Source: Chiloscyllium plagiosum
Taxonomy: Eukaryota
DNA length: 64,000 nucleotides
NCBI RefSeq assembly: GCF_004010195.1
Contig: NC_057718.1
Coordinates: 50,112,450 to 50,176,449, forward strand
Direction of reading: 5' to 3'
The notes under the pieces were generated by a model. That model made no database searches, had not been told where the DNA came from, and saw nothing but the letters and a program-made list of their open reading frames with translations. A program made the translations under genes and the position numbers. Positions 51,301 to 61,900 of the stretch are shown one piece after another; the stretch's first letter is position 1, and every line of letters starts with the position of its first letter.

Positions 51301-51720
51301 ATGGGAATCTCTGTTTATAAGACAGATTGGAAGAGGTGGGTCTGTTTTCTTCAGAGGAAAAAAGGCTAAAAGAAGATTTGCGAGAGTTTTTAAAATCATA
51401 ATGTTTCTGCATAGGGTAGGTAGAGAGAAACTTCACATTTATAAAAGGATCGAGAACTTGTTACTTTTTAAAGAAATTTATAAAAGAAGCATGTGTAATG
51501 CAAAAAGAAAATTTACGTGTCAAATAGATAAGATCTAGAATGCACAGCCTAGGAGTGTGGTGAAGGTATGTTCAACTGAGGCACTCAAGAGGGAATTCAA
51601 TGGTTAGTTGAATAGAAACAATATGTAGAAGAATGGCACTAAAGTTAAATGTTTATTTGGAGACTGATGCAGATATGATGGTTTGAATGGCTGCTTTTTG
51701 TATAATAACAGTTCTGTGAT
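48370..51720 (+). mobile_element. Ancient, heavily decayed long CR1-like ORF2
   Basis: Collinear relics: ETWL, DHSIIRF, KTPGVDELHSRILKE, PSNYRFVSLIS, DFRKTF, VPQ.SVVGP. Confidence 0.8.
48560..48890 (+). mobile_element. SacSINE1/Deu-type SINE nested in the old CR1
   Basis: tRNA-like head tggcatagtg...gggcttgaatccc; core ...ctacatgtgactccagatccacag...gactcttaactgccctctg...gcaataaatg. Confidence 0.75.
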
Positions 51721-52554
51721 TGTGGGAAACATAACATTTATCATAGTGATGCCCAGTCTTAAGTTACCAGTACAATGTCACATGATTTCCATTTTCCTAT
51801 ACTGGCTAAATTTACTTTGTCTCACTGTTCATATTTTTAACTGAAAACCTTTTTTGCCATCTTTACAAATTGAATTTAGAGAAGGCTAATCGTTACAAAA
51901 ACATTCCTTTTCTCCCTAAAGCTGAAGCAACCTTCATGGTCAAACTCATTTTTCTATTCCAGACTGCATGTCCTTGAATCAATAGTGAAGAATAGCCATT
52001 CTTCGCCACTGTGGTAGCTGAACATTTTTCATTCTATGTAAACTGAATTAATTCCCTAAGCAGGCATCCTTGACAGTACTAAATTGTTCTCCACCTGTTT
52101 TATTTCTTAGGATTGCCTGTACTAATTGATGCAGTCTCTTATATTTGCTTCTTTCTTTCTTGGATGCCATCCTTGTTCCAAAATGCTGGAAATTTGATTT
52201 CTGGGAACACATCGATGACAACCATTCCGGCAGTTGATCAAGGTTCGACTTTATGAAAAATGCGATTTGAACACAGGATGAAGCAGGAATGCTTTATTCC
52301 AGTGGCATTATGTCATTACAATTAGAAAGCTAAATGAAAGATGAACAAGGAACTATTTACACGATGTACATGGAATGATCACATGGGTTACATTGGGCTG
52401 AGGAATTTCTTTGTCTGCTTCTCCTTCCCATCAGCCCTTTCCACACCAACAATACCAATGCCAGGATATTCTGTTGGCAAATTAACTTCTTGCCTGTCTG
52501 TGATAGGATTAGATACAACTGAGTTCAATAAGCGAGCCCTTGTTTAACATTAGC

Positions 52555-52915
52555 CATGGCACAGCAGTAGTATCCTTACCTCTCGACCAGAAGAGCCAGG
52601 TTCAAATCTCACCTGCCCCAGACACATCACAATGTGTCTGACCAGAAAATATCTAAAGTCAGGAGTGCACCTGTGGCACAGCGAGTGTCCTTACCTCTGA
52701 GCTGTAGGGTCTGCATTCAAGTTTGACCTGCTCCAAACCGGTATCATAACATAACTAAATAGGTTGATTAAAAGTACCTGATGCTAGCCAGAGGGCCCCT
52801 TTCGGTGCAGTAGCAATGTCCCTACCTTTGAGCCAGGAGACCTGGCTTTAAATCCTACTTGCTCCATAGGCAGGTCATGACATTTTTGAACAGGTTGGTT
52901 AAAAACATCTAAATC
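52555..52915 (+). repeat. Three head-to-tail diverged tRNA-like short SINE units (about 115-125 bp each)
   Basis: Each unit reads tggcacag/tcggtgcag...tcc(t/c)tacct...g...ttcaa/ttaaa...ctgctcca...cataac/catgac...aaaa..tcta. Confidence 0.7.
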
Positions 52916-54368
52916 CAGCCTGATAATATTCCACCAAGAATGAGGGGTAAGTAGCTGAGACTACTGGCCAACATTTGTAGGTGGCAGTATCAGCTTTGTG
53001 CACTGTAATATGAGGGTCTTAGTTTTGAGATGGGTGAATCATTAGAGGTGTGATCCAATCTGAAAACCAGAGAAGCACCTTTACTCCTGCTGGACAAAAA
53101 TTTAAAACAATTACATTTGGTGTTCTTCTCACTACTTCTCCCTGAAGAGAGAGCTATAGTGGTGTCCCCAATTAAGTTACCAGAGAAAATTGTAGAGTAG
53201 AGTCCCAAAACTTCATAAAGGCCTTGTAACCATGAGAAGAAGCATTTGGTTTTGGATACTATCTTTGTTACTTGAGGGTAGAGGAGGTTTAAGTTTGAAA
53301 GGGGGCTGTCTAATGGGTAAGTAAACAACATGATCATAACTGCCCATATGCCCATTTGCCGCTGCACAGGGTTAGACTAAAATCACTCTCAAAATCATTC
53401 ACTGCAAACAATAATGTGCTCTTGGTAGGAAGCCTTCTCTCAATTAAATAATCTCTAATTAGGGATTCTTCAAAAGCATGGCTTTTGTGTACTACCCTGT
53501 CTGAATGTTTGTTTGAGTATATCTGTCACTCTGCAAACACAACAGTTTTAGCAGCTGTGTCAAGAATCAAACTTGGTCAAATGCTGAGGTCTTAATTCAA
53601 ATGCTTGTTTGTAAAACATATCAGTACTCCCAAACCTTCATCCACATGTGACAGAGTTTGATTTTCAGAGCACTGAATTATTGCATTCTCTCACCGACTC
53701 CTGAAGACTCTTAAATTCTGAGACCTTCATTTTGAGTACATTTTTAAGAAATGGTGCATCTTAAACATGAGTATGTTGTCAAGTAATACCACTGCATAAG
53801 TAGTTAATTTTCATTTTACCATCAATCTTACCACTGTAATGGATTGAATGTTTTGATGTTCTTGCATTTTCACAGCAGATACAAACATGCCAGGGAAAAT
53901 TATGCCTTCACCATTCCCATCTCAAAATAGTTTTAATCAACCTACTCAGGTTGACATATGCTTTGGAGAAGTGCAAATTGAACATGGACCTTCTCCTCAG
54001 TCTTAAACTGTTGTTTTCACAATCATTCAATCTGGTTGATTAAGGAAGTACAGAGAAACTTATCCTGTTCACTGAGCCTCAGAGTGCCCAGTCTCTCTGA
54101 CTGCGACATAAGCAGCTTGTACAAATTGCAGTGCACAATATTGTTGAGATAAATGGTACAAGGGCAGTCTGACTAATGGCACATGCTAAATGCTCAGACA
54201 CATCAAAACTTCAGTGTGTTTTCCACAGCATTCTGGAAGAGCAATTTCACCAAGTTTGTTCCTTACAGAGACCCATGAAAAGAGGTGATTTGGCATTTTT
54301 CAGGCTGGGTAACACTTCATAGCATCCTCCAGTAAGCAGCTGCTGTATATAAGGACTACAACTTTGAA

Positions 54369-54727
54369 GTTAAAAATCACACAACACCAGGTTATGGTCC
54401 AACAGGTTTAATTGGAAGCACACTAGTTTTCGGAGCGCTGCTCCTTCATCAGGTGGTTGTCCCTCAGCTCCCTTTTATCTCTTTCCCCTCTCACCTTATG
54501 CCCTCTAGATTTGGATTCCTTTACCCTGGGGAAAAAGTTAAAAATGACACAACGGCAGGTTATAGTCCAACAGGTTTATTTGGAAGCACAAGCTTTCACA
54601 GCGCCCCTCCTCCTTGCTTGTGTGAAGGAGTGTCACTCTGAAAGCTTCCAATTAAACCTGTTGGACTATAACCTGGTGTATGATTTTTAACTTTGTACAC
54701 CCCAGTCCAACACCGGCATCTCCAAAT
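54369..54727. mobile_element. Fold-back PLE-end element with a 12-bp TSD and a captured internal segment
   Basis: TSD tacaactttgaa at 54357-54368 and 54728-54739. Termini gttaaaaatc...gatttttaac plus a 36-nt tail. Confidence 0.85.
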
Positions 54728-55486
54728 TACAACTTTGAACATATTGCAGGCATTCTCTGAGCTCATGACTGTATTTGATTGTTATTAACAAGCCTTTTGA
54801 GACTATTTGCATGAACAGAAAGAGGTTCATTTCTCAATATCTAGTGACTCTGGTAAAAAATGTTGTGCATTCAAGCCGTGCTCCAGAGTTTAAGCTGAAG
54901 AATATGATGAGTGTTGAGGGAGTGCTGCCAGAGATGCCAACCTTGAGGTGAGATGTCAGTGTCGAAGAGTGTGGTGCTGGAAGAGCACAGCACACTGTCA
55001 GAAGCATCCGAGGAGCAGTTGACATTTCGAACATGAGCCCTTCATCAGGAACTGGGGGGGGGGGGGCGGGGTTGATGGTAAACTGAAGCCCTGTCTGCCT
55101 GGTGGGTGAATACAAAATATCCCATGACACTACTTTGAAGAACAGAACTAATTATCTCTTTTTTGTTCTGGCCAATGTTTATCTCTAATTCAACTCTGTA
55201 CCAATTGTCCGTGCACTAATTGACTGTTCAATTTTGTGCATTAGAACAGCAACTACACTTTAAATGTCTAGATTATACTTTGACTTTGCTTTGAAGTCAT
55301 GAAAAATGCAAAACTAATGCAACTTATTTCTTGCAACAGTACTGAATCATTCAGGTATGGTTTCCCGGCCCCTGTCACAGTGTATTCATTTTGTGCTACA
55401 CTACTGAATTTGGTTTTATTTGATTGTGAAAGTAGAATGCACCAGTTTTATCTGCTGCCAACTTTGATACAAACATCGATAAACTC

Positions 55487-55585
55487 CTCCACTATCATCT
55501 GATGAAGGAGTGACACTCCGAAAGCTAGTGTGCTTCCAATTAAACCTGTTGGACCATAACCTGGTGTTGTGTGAATTTTAACTTC
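55487..55585 (+). mobile_element. PLE-end fragment with a minimal hammerhead core
   Basis: CTGATGA-a-ggag-tgaca-ctcc-GAAA-gc-TA-gtg; flanked by the direct repeat gataaactc. Confidence 0.75.
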
Positions 55586-55924
55586 ATAGATAAACTCTGA
55601 TTACCAACACAATCAGCAAGATCACTATTAAACTTACACCTGATACCTTAAAGATGTTGTCTGGACAGATTAAAAAGAACGTTAATACAGTGTAACCTTG
55701 TCACAATGACACCACTAACTCATTCACAGCTCAAATCCTTACAGTCATTGTCAGATGCTGCGTGCTTCATAACTATTTCACTGCAAAGAAGCTTTTCCAT
55801 GGACAAAGAAAGCTGAGATTAAAGGAATATCCTAGATACAGATTTTTTGAAGGCTTCACATCTTCAGAAAGCTTCTAAAACTGTGGGCAGGATCAAACAC
55901 AGTTATCATGCCCCCACTTCCAAC

Positions 55925-56800
55925 TCAGAGAGTCAGAGAGTTGTACAGCACAGAAACAGACCCTTTGGTCAAACTCACCCATGCTGATCAGATATCCTGA
56001 ATTAACCTCACCCCATTCGCCAGCATTTGGCCCATATTCCTCCAAACCCTTTCTATTCATATACTGTACCCATCCAGATGCCTGTTAAATGTAGTAATTG
56101 TACCAGCCTCCACCACTTCCTCTGGCAACTCATTCCATACGCACATCACTCTCAGCGTGAAAAAGTTGTCCCTCAGCTCCCTTTTATCTCTTTCCCCTCT
56201 TACCTTAAAACTATGCCCTCTAGTTTTGGATTCCTTTACCCTGGGGGGAAAAAAAGTTAAAAATCACACAACAGCAGGTTAAAGTCAAACAGGTTTATTT
56301 GGAAGCACAAGCTTTTAGAGCACTCCTCCTCCATGGTTTGTGATTTTTAACTTTGTCTACACCAGTCCAACACCAGCTCCTCCACATCCTGGAGAAAAAA
56401 GAATTTGGTGATTCATGCTATCAATGCCTCTCAAGATTTTATGAACTTCTATAAGGTCACCCTTTAACCTCCAATGTTCCAGAGAAAATAGCCCCTGCCT
56501 ATTCAGCCTCTTCTTACAGCTCAAAACCCCCAACCCTGGCAACATCCTTGCAAATTCTTTTCTGCCCTTTCAAGGTTAACAACATCTTTCCTACAGCAGG
56601 GTGACCAGAATTGAACACAGTATTCCAAAATTGGCCTAACTGATATCCTGTACAGCTACGATATAACATTCCAACTCCTGTTTTCAATGCACTGACCAAT
56701 AAAAGCAAGCGTACCAAATGCCTTCTTCACTACCCCGTCTTCCTGTGACTCCACCTTCAAGAAAGTACGAGCCTGCACCCCAAGGTCTCTTTGCTTGGCA
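55925..56800 (-). mobile_element. CR1 3' portion interrupted by a fold-back PLE-end element (about 56256-56387)
   Basis: MLPGLGVLSCKKRLNRQGLFSLEHWRLKGDLIEV; the insert is flanked by cctgg..gaaaaaa repeats. Confidence 0.88.
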
Positions 56801-57370
56801 ATTATTTCCACTTTTGCCTGTAGGGTGAGGTGGATGAGGTTTGATTAACACCTTTCTGCTCCATTATGCTGCCAGCAAATCCCCTCAAAACCCCAATGCC
56901 TGCCTCCAGGGTGGAACATTACAATCCACTCTCTACACAACGCTGACCTTGGAGAATACCACTGCAGACCATCTCTCAGTCTGAAAATAACCAATCCCCA
57001 TCTATTCTTCTCTTCCTCTGACTGAGTTAACTTTAACTTCAAGCTCAAAAACAGCAATTGCTAGAAAAACCATCTACGGTGAGAAATCAGAGTTAACGTT
57101 TCGGGTCTAGTGACTGTACTTCAGAACCAATGGTAGCTTGGAAAAGTTTGATATTTATGCAGAAGATAGGGTAAGGAGTGGGGGAGTCAACAATAGATGG
57201 AGATAGAGCCCAAAGAAAGAAAAAAAACAGTTGGACAGACAAAGGAGTGGGTAAAGGTCTGTCTGGGAGGGTGAATAGCTGCTAATGGGAACTATTAGTA
57301 GCTGACAATGGGTTGTGTGTGGTAGCAGCTCATGTGATGACAAGGCCTGGTATGTGGAGTATGTGGTTTA

Positions 57371-57992
57371 CAGAGGAACCTCGATTATCCAAATATCAAT
57401 TATCCGAATTTTGGATTATCCGAAGGGGATCTCAAGGTCCCGATAGAAACTTTACGTCAAAGAGCTGTTTCAATGCTGACCGTGTCTTTTGTTTACAGGT
57501 GCAATGATTAAAAACAAAATTGACTCACTGAAATGCTGCTGAGAACAGTCCTGGACAGTCCAGGCACCGTCCCTAAATGACTGACCTCCCGCCCTCTCTC
57601 TCCCACCACGTTTTCCCTGGAGCTCTATACAGGAATGAACCCTAAACCCCCATTCCCCACATAATCTGTCCCACATTGTCCTGTTGTGTGTGTGTGCCCG
57701 CACGCGCATGTGTGCTATTTGGAGACTTTCCCCACAAAAGGCAGCAGCAGTCTTAATATTGGCTACCCCCCAGGGGTGCACGGATGGGGGTCGGATGGTG
57801 GGTGAGTGGGCGGGTTTGGGGGTGGGCAGGGGGGTGGGAGCAGGGTTGAGCAGTGGATGGGGGCTTGCGCACAGTGTGCTGCTGCCTAGTCACAGAAAAC
57901 TCCAAGCCCCAGAGGAAATCAATTAACCGAATAATCAATTATCCGAAGAAATAGTGCACGCCCATCTCTTTCGGATAATCAAGGTTCCTCTG
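57371..57992. mobile_element. Tc1/mariner (Tigger/pogo-like) MITE
   Basis: TIRs cagaggaacctcgattatcc / ggataatcaaggttcctctg, TA duplication at 57369-70 and 57993-94, subterminal aattatccgaa repeats, no ORF. Confidence 0.88.
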
Positions 57993-58460
57993 TACTATGT
58001 TCACTGCTTACAATGTGATATCCTCTAACCTGGGGAAATGAAGGACAGACTGGGGGACCACTTTGCAGAATACCTACAATCTGGTCTGTAAAAATATCCT
58101 CGAGCTTCTAGTTGTTTGCCACGTTAATACACCACCATGTTCCCTGGCCAACATCTTTGTCTCAGGCTTGCTGCAGTGCTCTAGTGTAGCTCAGGGCAAA
58201 CATGGAAGAACAGGACTTCATTTTCCACTTGGGGACTCTGCAGCCTTCAGGGCTTGACCACCTTACCCCAACCTCCACACACCAGGCCTTGTCATCACAT
58301 GGACTGCTACCACACACAACCTATTGTCAGCTACTAACAGTCCCCATTAGCAGCTATTTATTCTCCCAGGCTGACCTGCTCTTTTGTCTGTCCCACTGTT
58401 TATTTCTTTCTATTTGGTCTCTACCTCCACCTGTTGTTTACTCACCCACCCCAACTCTAT

Positions 58461-58687
58461 GAGGAGAAAGTGAGGTCTGCAGATGCTGGAGATCAGAGCT
58501 GAAAATGTGTTGCTGGAAAAGCGCAGCAGGTCAGGCAGCATCCAAGGAACAGGAGAATCGACGTTTTGGGCATGAGCCCTTCTTCAGGAATCAGGTTCCT
58601 GAAGAAGGGCTCATGCCCGAAACGTCGATTCTCCTGTTCCCTGGATGCTGCCTGACCTGCTGCGCTTTTCCAGCAACACATTTTCAG
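58461..58687. mobile_element. Young fold-back PLE-end mini-element with a 15-bp TSD
   Basis: 92-bp arms (58499-58590 / 58596-58687, two mismatches) and a 38-nt tail. TSD ccaccccaactctat at 58446-58460 and 58688-58702. Confidence 0.9.
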
Positions 58688-59459
58688 CCACCCCAACTCT
58701 ATCTCCAGCAGTAGTGCCAACTTTTCCGAGCTACCATCAATTTGGAAGAACTGTCACTGGACCCGATACGTTAAGTCTGATTTCTCTTCACTGATGCTGT
58801 CAGATCTGCTGAGTTTTTCCCAGTAATTTCTGTTTTTGTTCCTGATTTCCAGCAACCACAGTTCTTTCAACTTTTTTGAACTTCAGGCTGCCATTTCTCC
58901 CATAATTTGATAAACTTTATGAAGGTTCCTCTGTGGCCAGTTCCTGAATGCCTTCTGAAGTCTGTATAGATGGATGTACTGCACAAACTTTATGAAACTA
59001 CTCTGTTACTCAAAAAGAATTCAATCAATTTAGTCAAACAGTTTAAATCTTGATGAAATTTATGCTGGGTTTCCTTGATTAACCCATGAATTTTGAAATG
59101 AAAATATTTTTCTGTAATAATTTTAAACCAAAGTATGTGTGCATTATTAGCTGAATAATGTCTCACTGTATTACAGTTGACTTTCTACTTCCAAATTCTT
59201 CCTTTTCTGTTCGACCGGAGAAATACTGATTCAGAAATGTCTCCTGTGCATTTCAAAAATCTTTCTCCTTCATTAATTTTAACACTGTGGGTTTCCTGAC
59301 CTATATAAGGGTAATTTGTCTTTTATTTCTTTAGATGGAAACCTTCATTATATAGAGATTGTCATAGTTTTACAGTGTGCAGGGCATAGCAAGGAGTCCC
59401 AAGTCTATCTCGTTAGAACAGGGCATCGAGCTCCGAGCTGTTGGCCTTAATTTGAATCA

Positions 59460-60575
59460 TATTAGTGAAATTAATCAGACTAATAATTGGTAAATCCACT
59501 GGATCCGATTATCAATATGGCTGAATACTGAAAGGGGAGGTGTAAGATATTGAAAGATGGCCACCAATGCAATCAAAGTTCTTTTAATTCTGGAATGGGG
59601 ACTGAAGATTGGGAAGTAACAAAGGTAATTCCACTATATAAAAAAAAGGGAGAGAAAAAGTAGTCATCAACCACCTGCTGAAGGAACAGCGCTCCAAAAG
59701 TTAGTGCTTCCAAATAAACGTGTTGGACTATTACCTGGATTTCTGTGATTTTTAACTTTTACACCCCAGTCCAACACCAGCACCTCCAAGTCATGTAAGT
59801 AGGAATAAAAGGGTCATTCCCAAATTGGTAGGTTGTGAACAGGTGGGGTACCACAAGAAGTTGTGCACCAGCTATTCACAATCCAAACAAATTATTTGGT
59901 TCTGAGGACCAAATGTAACAATTATAAACTTGCAAATAACACAAAACATTTTGGGAATGTGTGAGCCGCAAGGAGGATTCAAAAAGAATTTAAGAGAATT
60001 TATACAGACAATATGAATGGGTAAGAACATGGTGGTTGGTATATATTGTGGAACAATTTGAAGACATCCACTTTGATAGTGCAAGTAGAAATACAAATTA
60101 TTTGATAAATGGTAAGAGATGAGAAAATGTTGATGTCCAAAGAGATCTCACGGTGTCCTGGTTTATGAGTCGCTGCAAGTTAATGTGCAGTCAGCCAGCA
60201 ATAATGAAGGCAATTGTTGACCTTTATTCCAGGAGGTTCTGAGTGCAGGTACAAAGATATCTTGCTGCAATTGTAGAGAGCCTTGGTTATAGTGCATCTG
60301 AAGTAATGTGTACAGTTTTGGTCTCCTACCTAAAAGTGAATAAACTTGCCATACAGCAAGTGCACTGATTCAATTGAGTGATTTCTGAGGTGGCAGGATT
60401 ATGTTATTAGGAAAGATTGAGGAGACTGAGGCTTTATTCCCTAATTTTTTAAAAGAATGATAGGTGGTCTCATTGAATCATAGAGAAGTCTTAGACAGCT
60501 CAACAGGGTTGAAAGACGGAACAGGTTTGAAGGAGTGAATGGCCTATTCCTGAACCTATTTCTTATGTTTCTATT
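59460..60575 (+). mobile_element. Old degraded CR1 with a PLE-end insert at about 59665-59793
   Basis: Relics KSTGSD, EDWEVTKVIPLYKK, GVPQ, VQFWSP. Confidence 0.7.
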
Positions 60576-60658
60576 GCTACACACAAATTGCTTTGCCAAA
60601 TGAGATAACCAGATCTTCATCCAGTGGATTAAAGTCTCCTTCCATCCTATTTTACCTT

Positions 60659-60969
60659 GGGGCAGTACAGTGGCTCAGTGGTTAGTACTGCTGCCTCACA
60701 GCATCAGAGACCCGTGTTTGATTCCAGCCTCAGGTGACTGTGTGGAATTTGCACATTTTCCCTGTGTCTGCGTGGGTTTCCTCCAGGTGCTCCGGTTTCC
60801 TCCCACTGTCCAAAGATGTGCAGGTCAGGTGAATTGGCCATGCTAAATTGCCTATAGTGCTAGGTGCATTAGTCAGAGGGAGATGGGTCTGGATGGGTTA
60901 CTCTTCAGAGGGTTGGTGTGGACAGGTTTGGCCAAAGGGCCTGTTTCCCCACTGTAGGGAATCTAATCT
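60659..60969 (+). mobile_element. HE1-type SINE
   Basis: gggcagtacagtggctcagtggttag...ctgtttccccactgtagggaatctaatct. Confidence 0.9.
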
Positions 60970-61139
60970 TAGCATTATTTTTGTTGCTAGAAGCCTGACG
61001 GGAAAACTCCTTTCAGTATTCCTTCTGAATGGATTTTTTTTAAGCTATATGAAAATGTTAAGAATCTGTGTTGTCATGTATACAAATTGAGGAATATATT
61101 CTTTGGAACATCAGTTGAAAACTACCATTGCACGTTCTA

Positions 61140-61900
61140 GGAGGAAGCAACAGAATTGCTTTGTCTAATGGAAATTAAACCTGTTAGTACTTCTACCAGA
61201 GACATGAAAATACAAACAAAATACAAATAATTGTCCCCACAGTCTGAAATATTATGCTTCAGTTTGGCGTTAAACTACCATGGCAGAATCCATGTTGTTA
61301 GTCAATCCACATGTTCGCAGTTACATCAAGTAGATGTTTGACACAATGTTTGCCAACACCTTTGCTATTTATCTGAAAGGATGATGAGAAAACATGGTGA
61401 TATCTCACATCACAGATTTTGCTGAGTCATTAGCGTCATCAGCTCAACTCAGATGGGCATCCAGCTCCTGACATACAGCCTCTGGTGTTCATGAACTACA
61501 GAGGGTTCCACTCCATTTGTGAACCAATGATCAACAGAACAGAATCACGGCAATCAATGCCCATTTCTCAATTGGAAGTCCAAACACATTTATTTTGACA
61601 TAATTCACTGTGCAGGAGACCATGAGTAATCATTGTATAATCCTAGCCCATGGCACTATGACAACAGACTTGAACACCAGCTAATTACAAATTAAAGTCA
61701 AACGAATGAAGCTACCCCAAGATCAATAGCATGAATTAAATGGGCATCTTGAAAGAATGATTCAGCACCTCCCAACTTCTGAAACTACTGAACTCTCAGC
61801 TGCAGATCCATTCTCGACTGGGAGGTTGCTGTGAATAATCCCCACACTGGCATATGTTCACCAGCTGTGTGAATGCAAAGCTTGCAACATTACCAGCCTC
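61140..61900 (+). mobile_element. Highly decayed PIF/Harbinger DDE transposase relic
   Basis: Collinear frameshifted motifs LALNY, YIK*MFDTMFA, VISSTQMGIQ, PLVFMNYRGFHSI, RITAINAHFSIGSPNTFIL and GILKE*F match the HARBI1-like pattern IDCTHV..F.NRKGFHS..FPGS.HD.FIL..G.LK.RF. Confidence 0.6.

Larger units (their letters stand above)
57075..58865. mobile_element. Penelope-like element: inverted terminal arms around a GIY-YIG endonuclease relic
   Basis: About 57080-57360 is inverted relative to 58270-58790. 58000-58257 encodes HC.QC....GE...RLGDHFAE.L, CHVNTPPCSLANIFVSGL and EEQDFIFHLGTLQPSGL, typical of a PLE GIY-YIG C-terminus. Confidence 0.8.

Noticed and set aside
52990..53367. 125-aa minus-strand ORF
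   Set aside because: No recognisable motif or splice context; a length expected by chance.
57371..57992. Short spaced repeats (aattatccgaa) resembling a CRISPR-like array
   Set aside because: These are subterminal repeats of a MITE in a vertebrate genome; there is no regular repeat-spacer periodicity.
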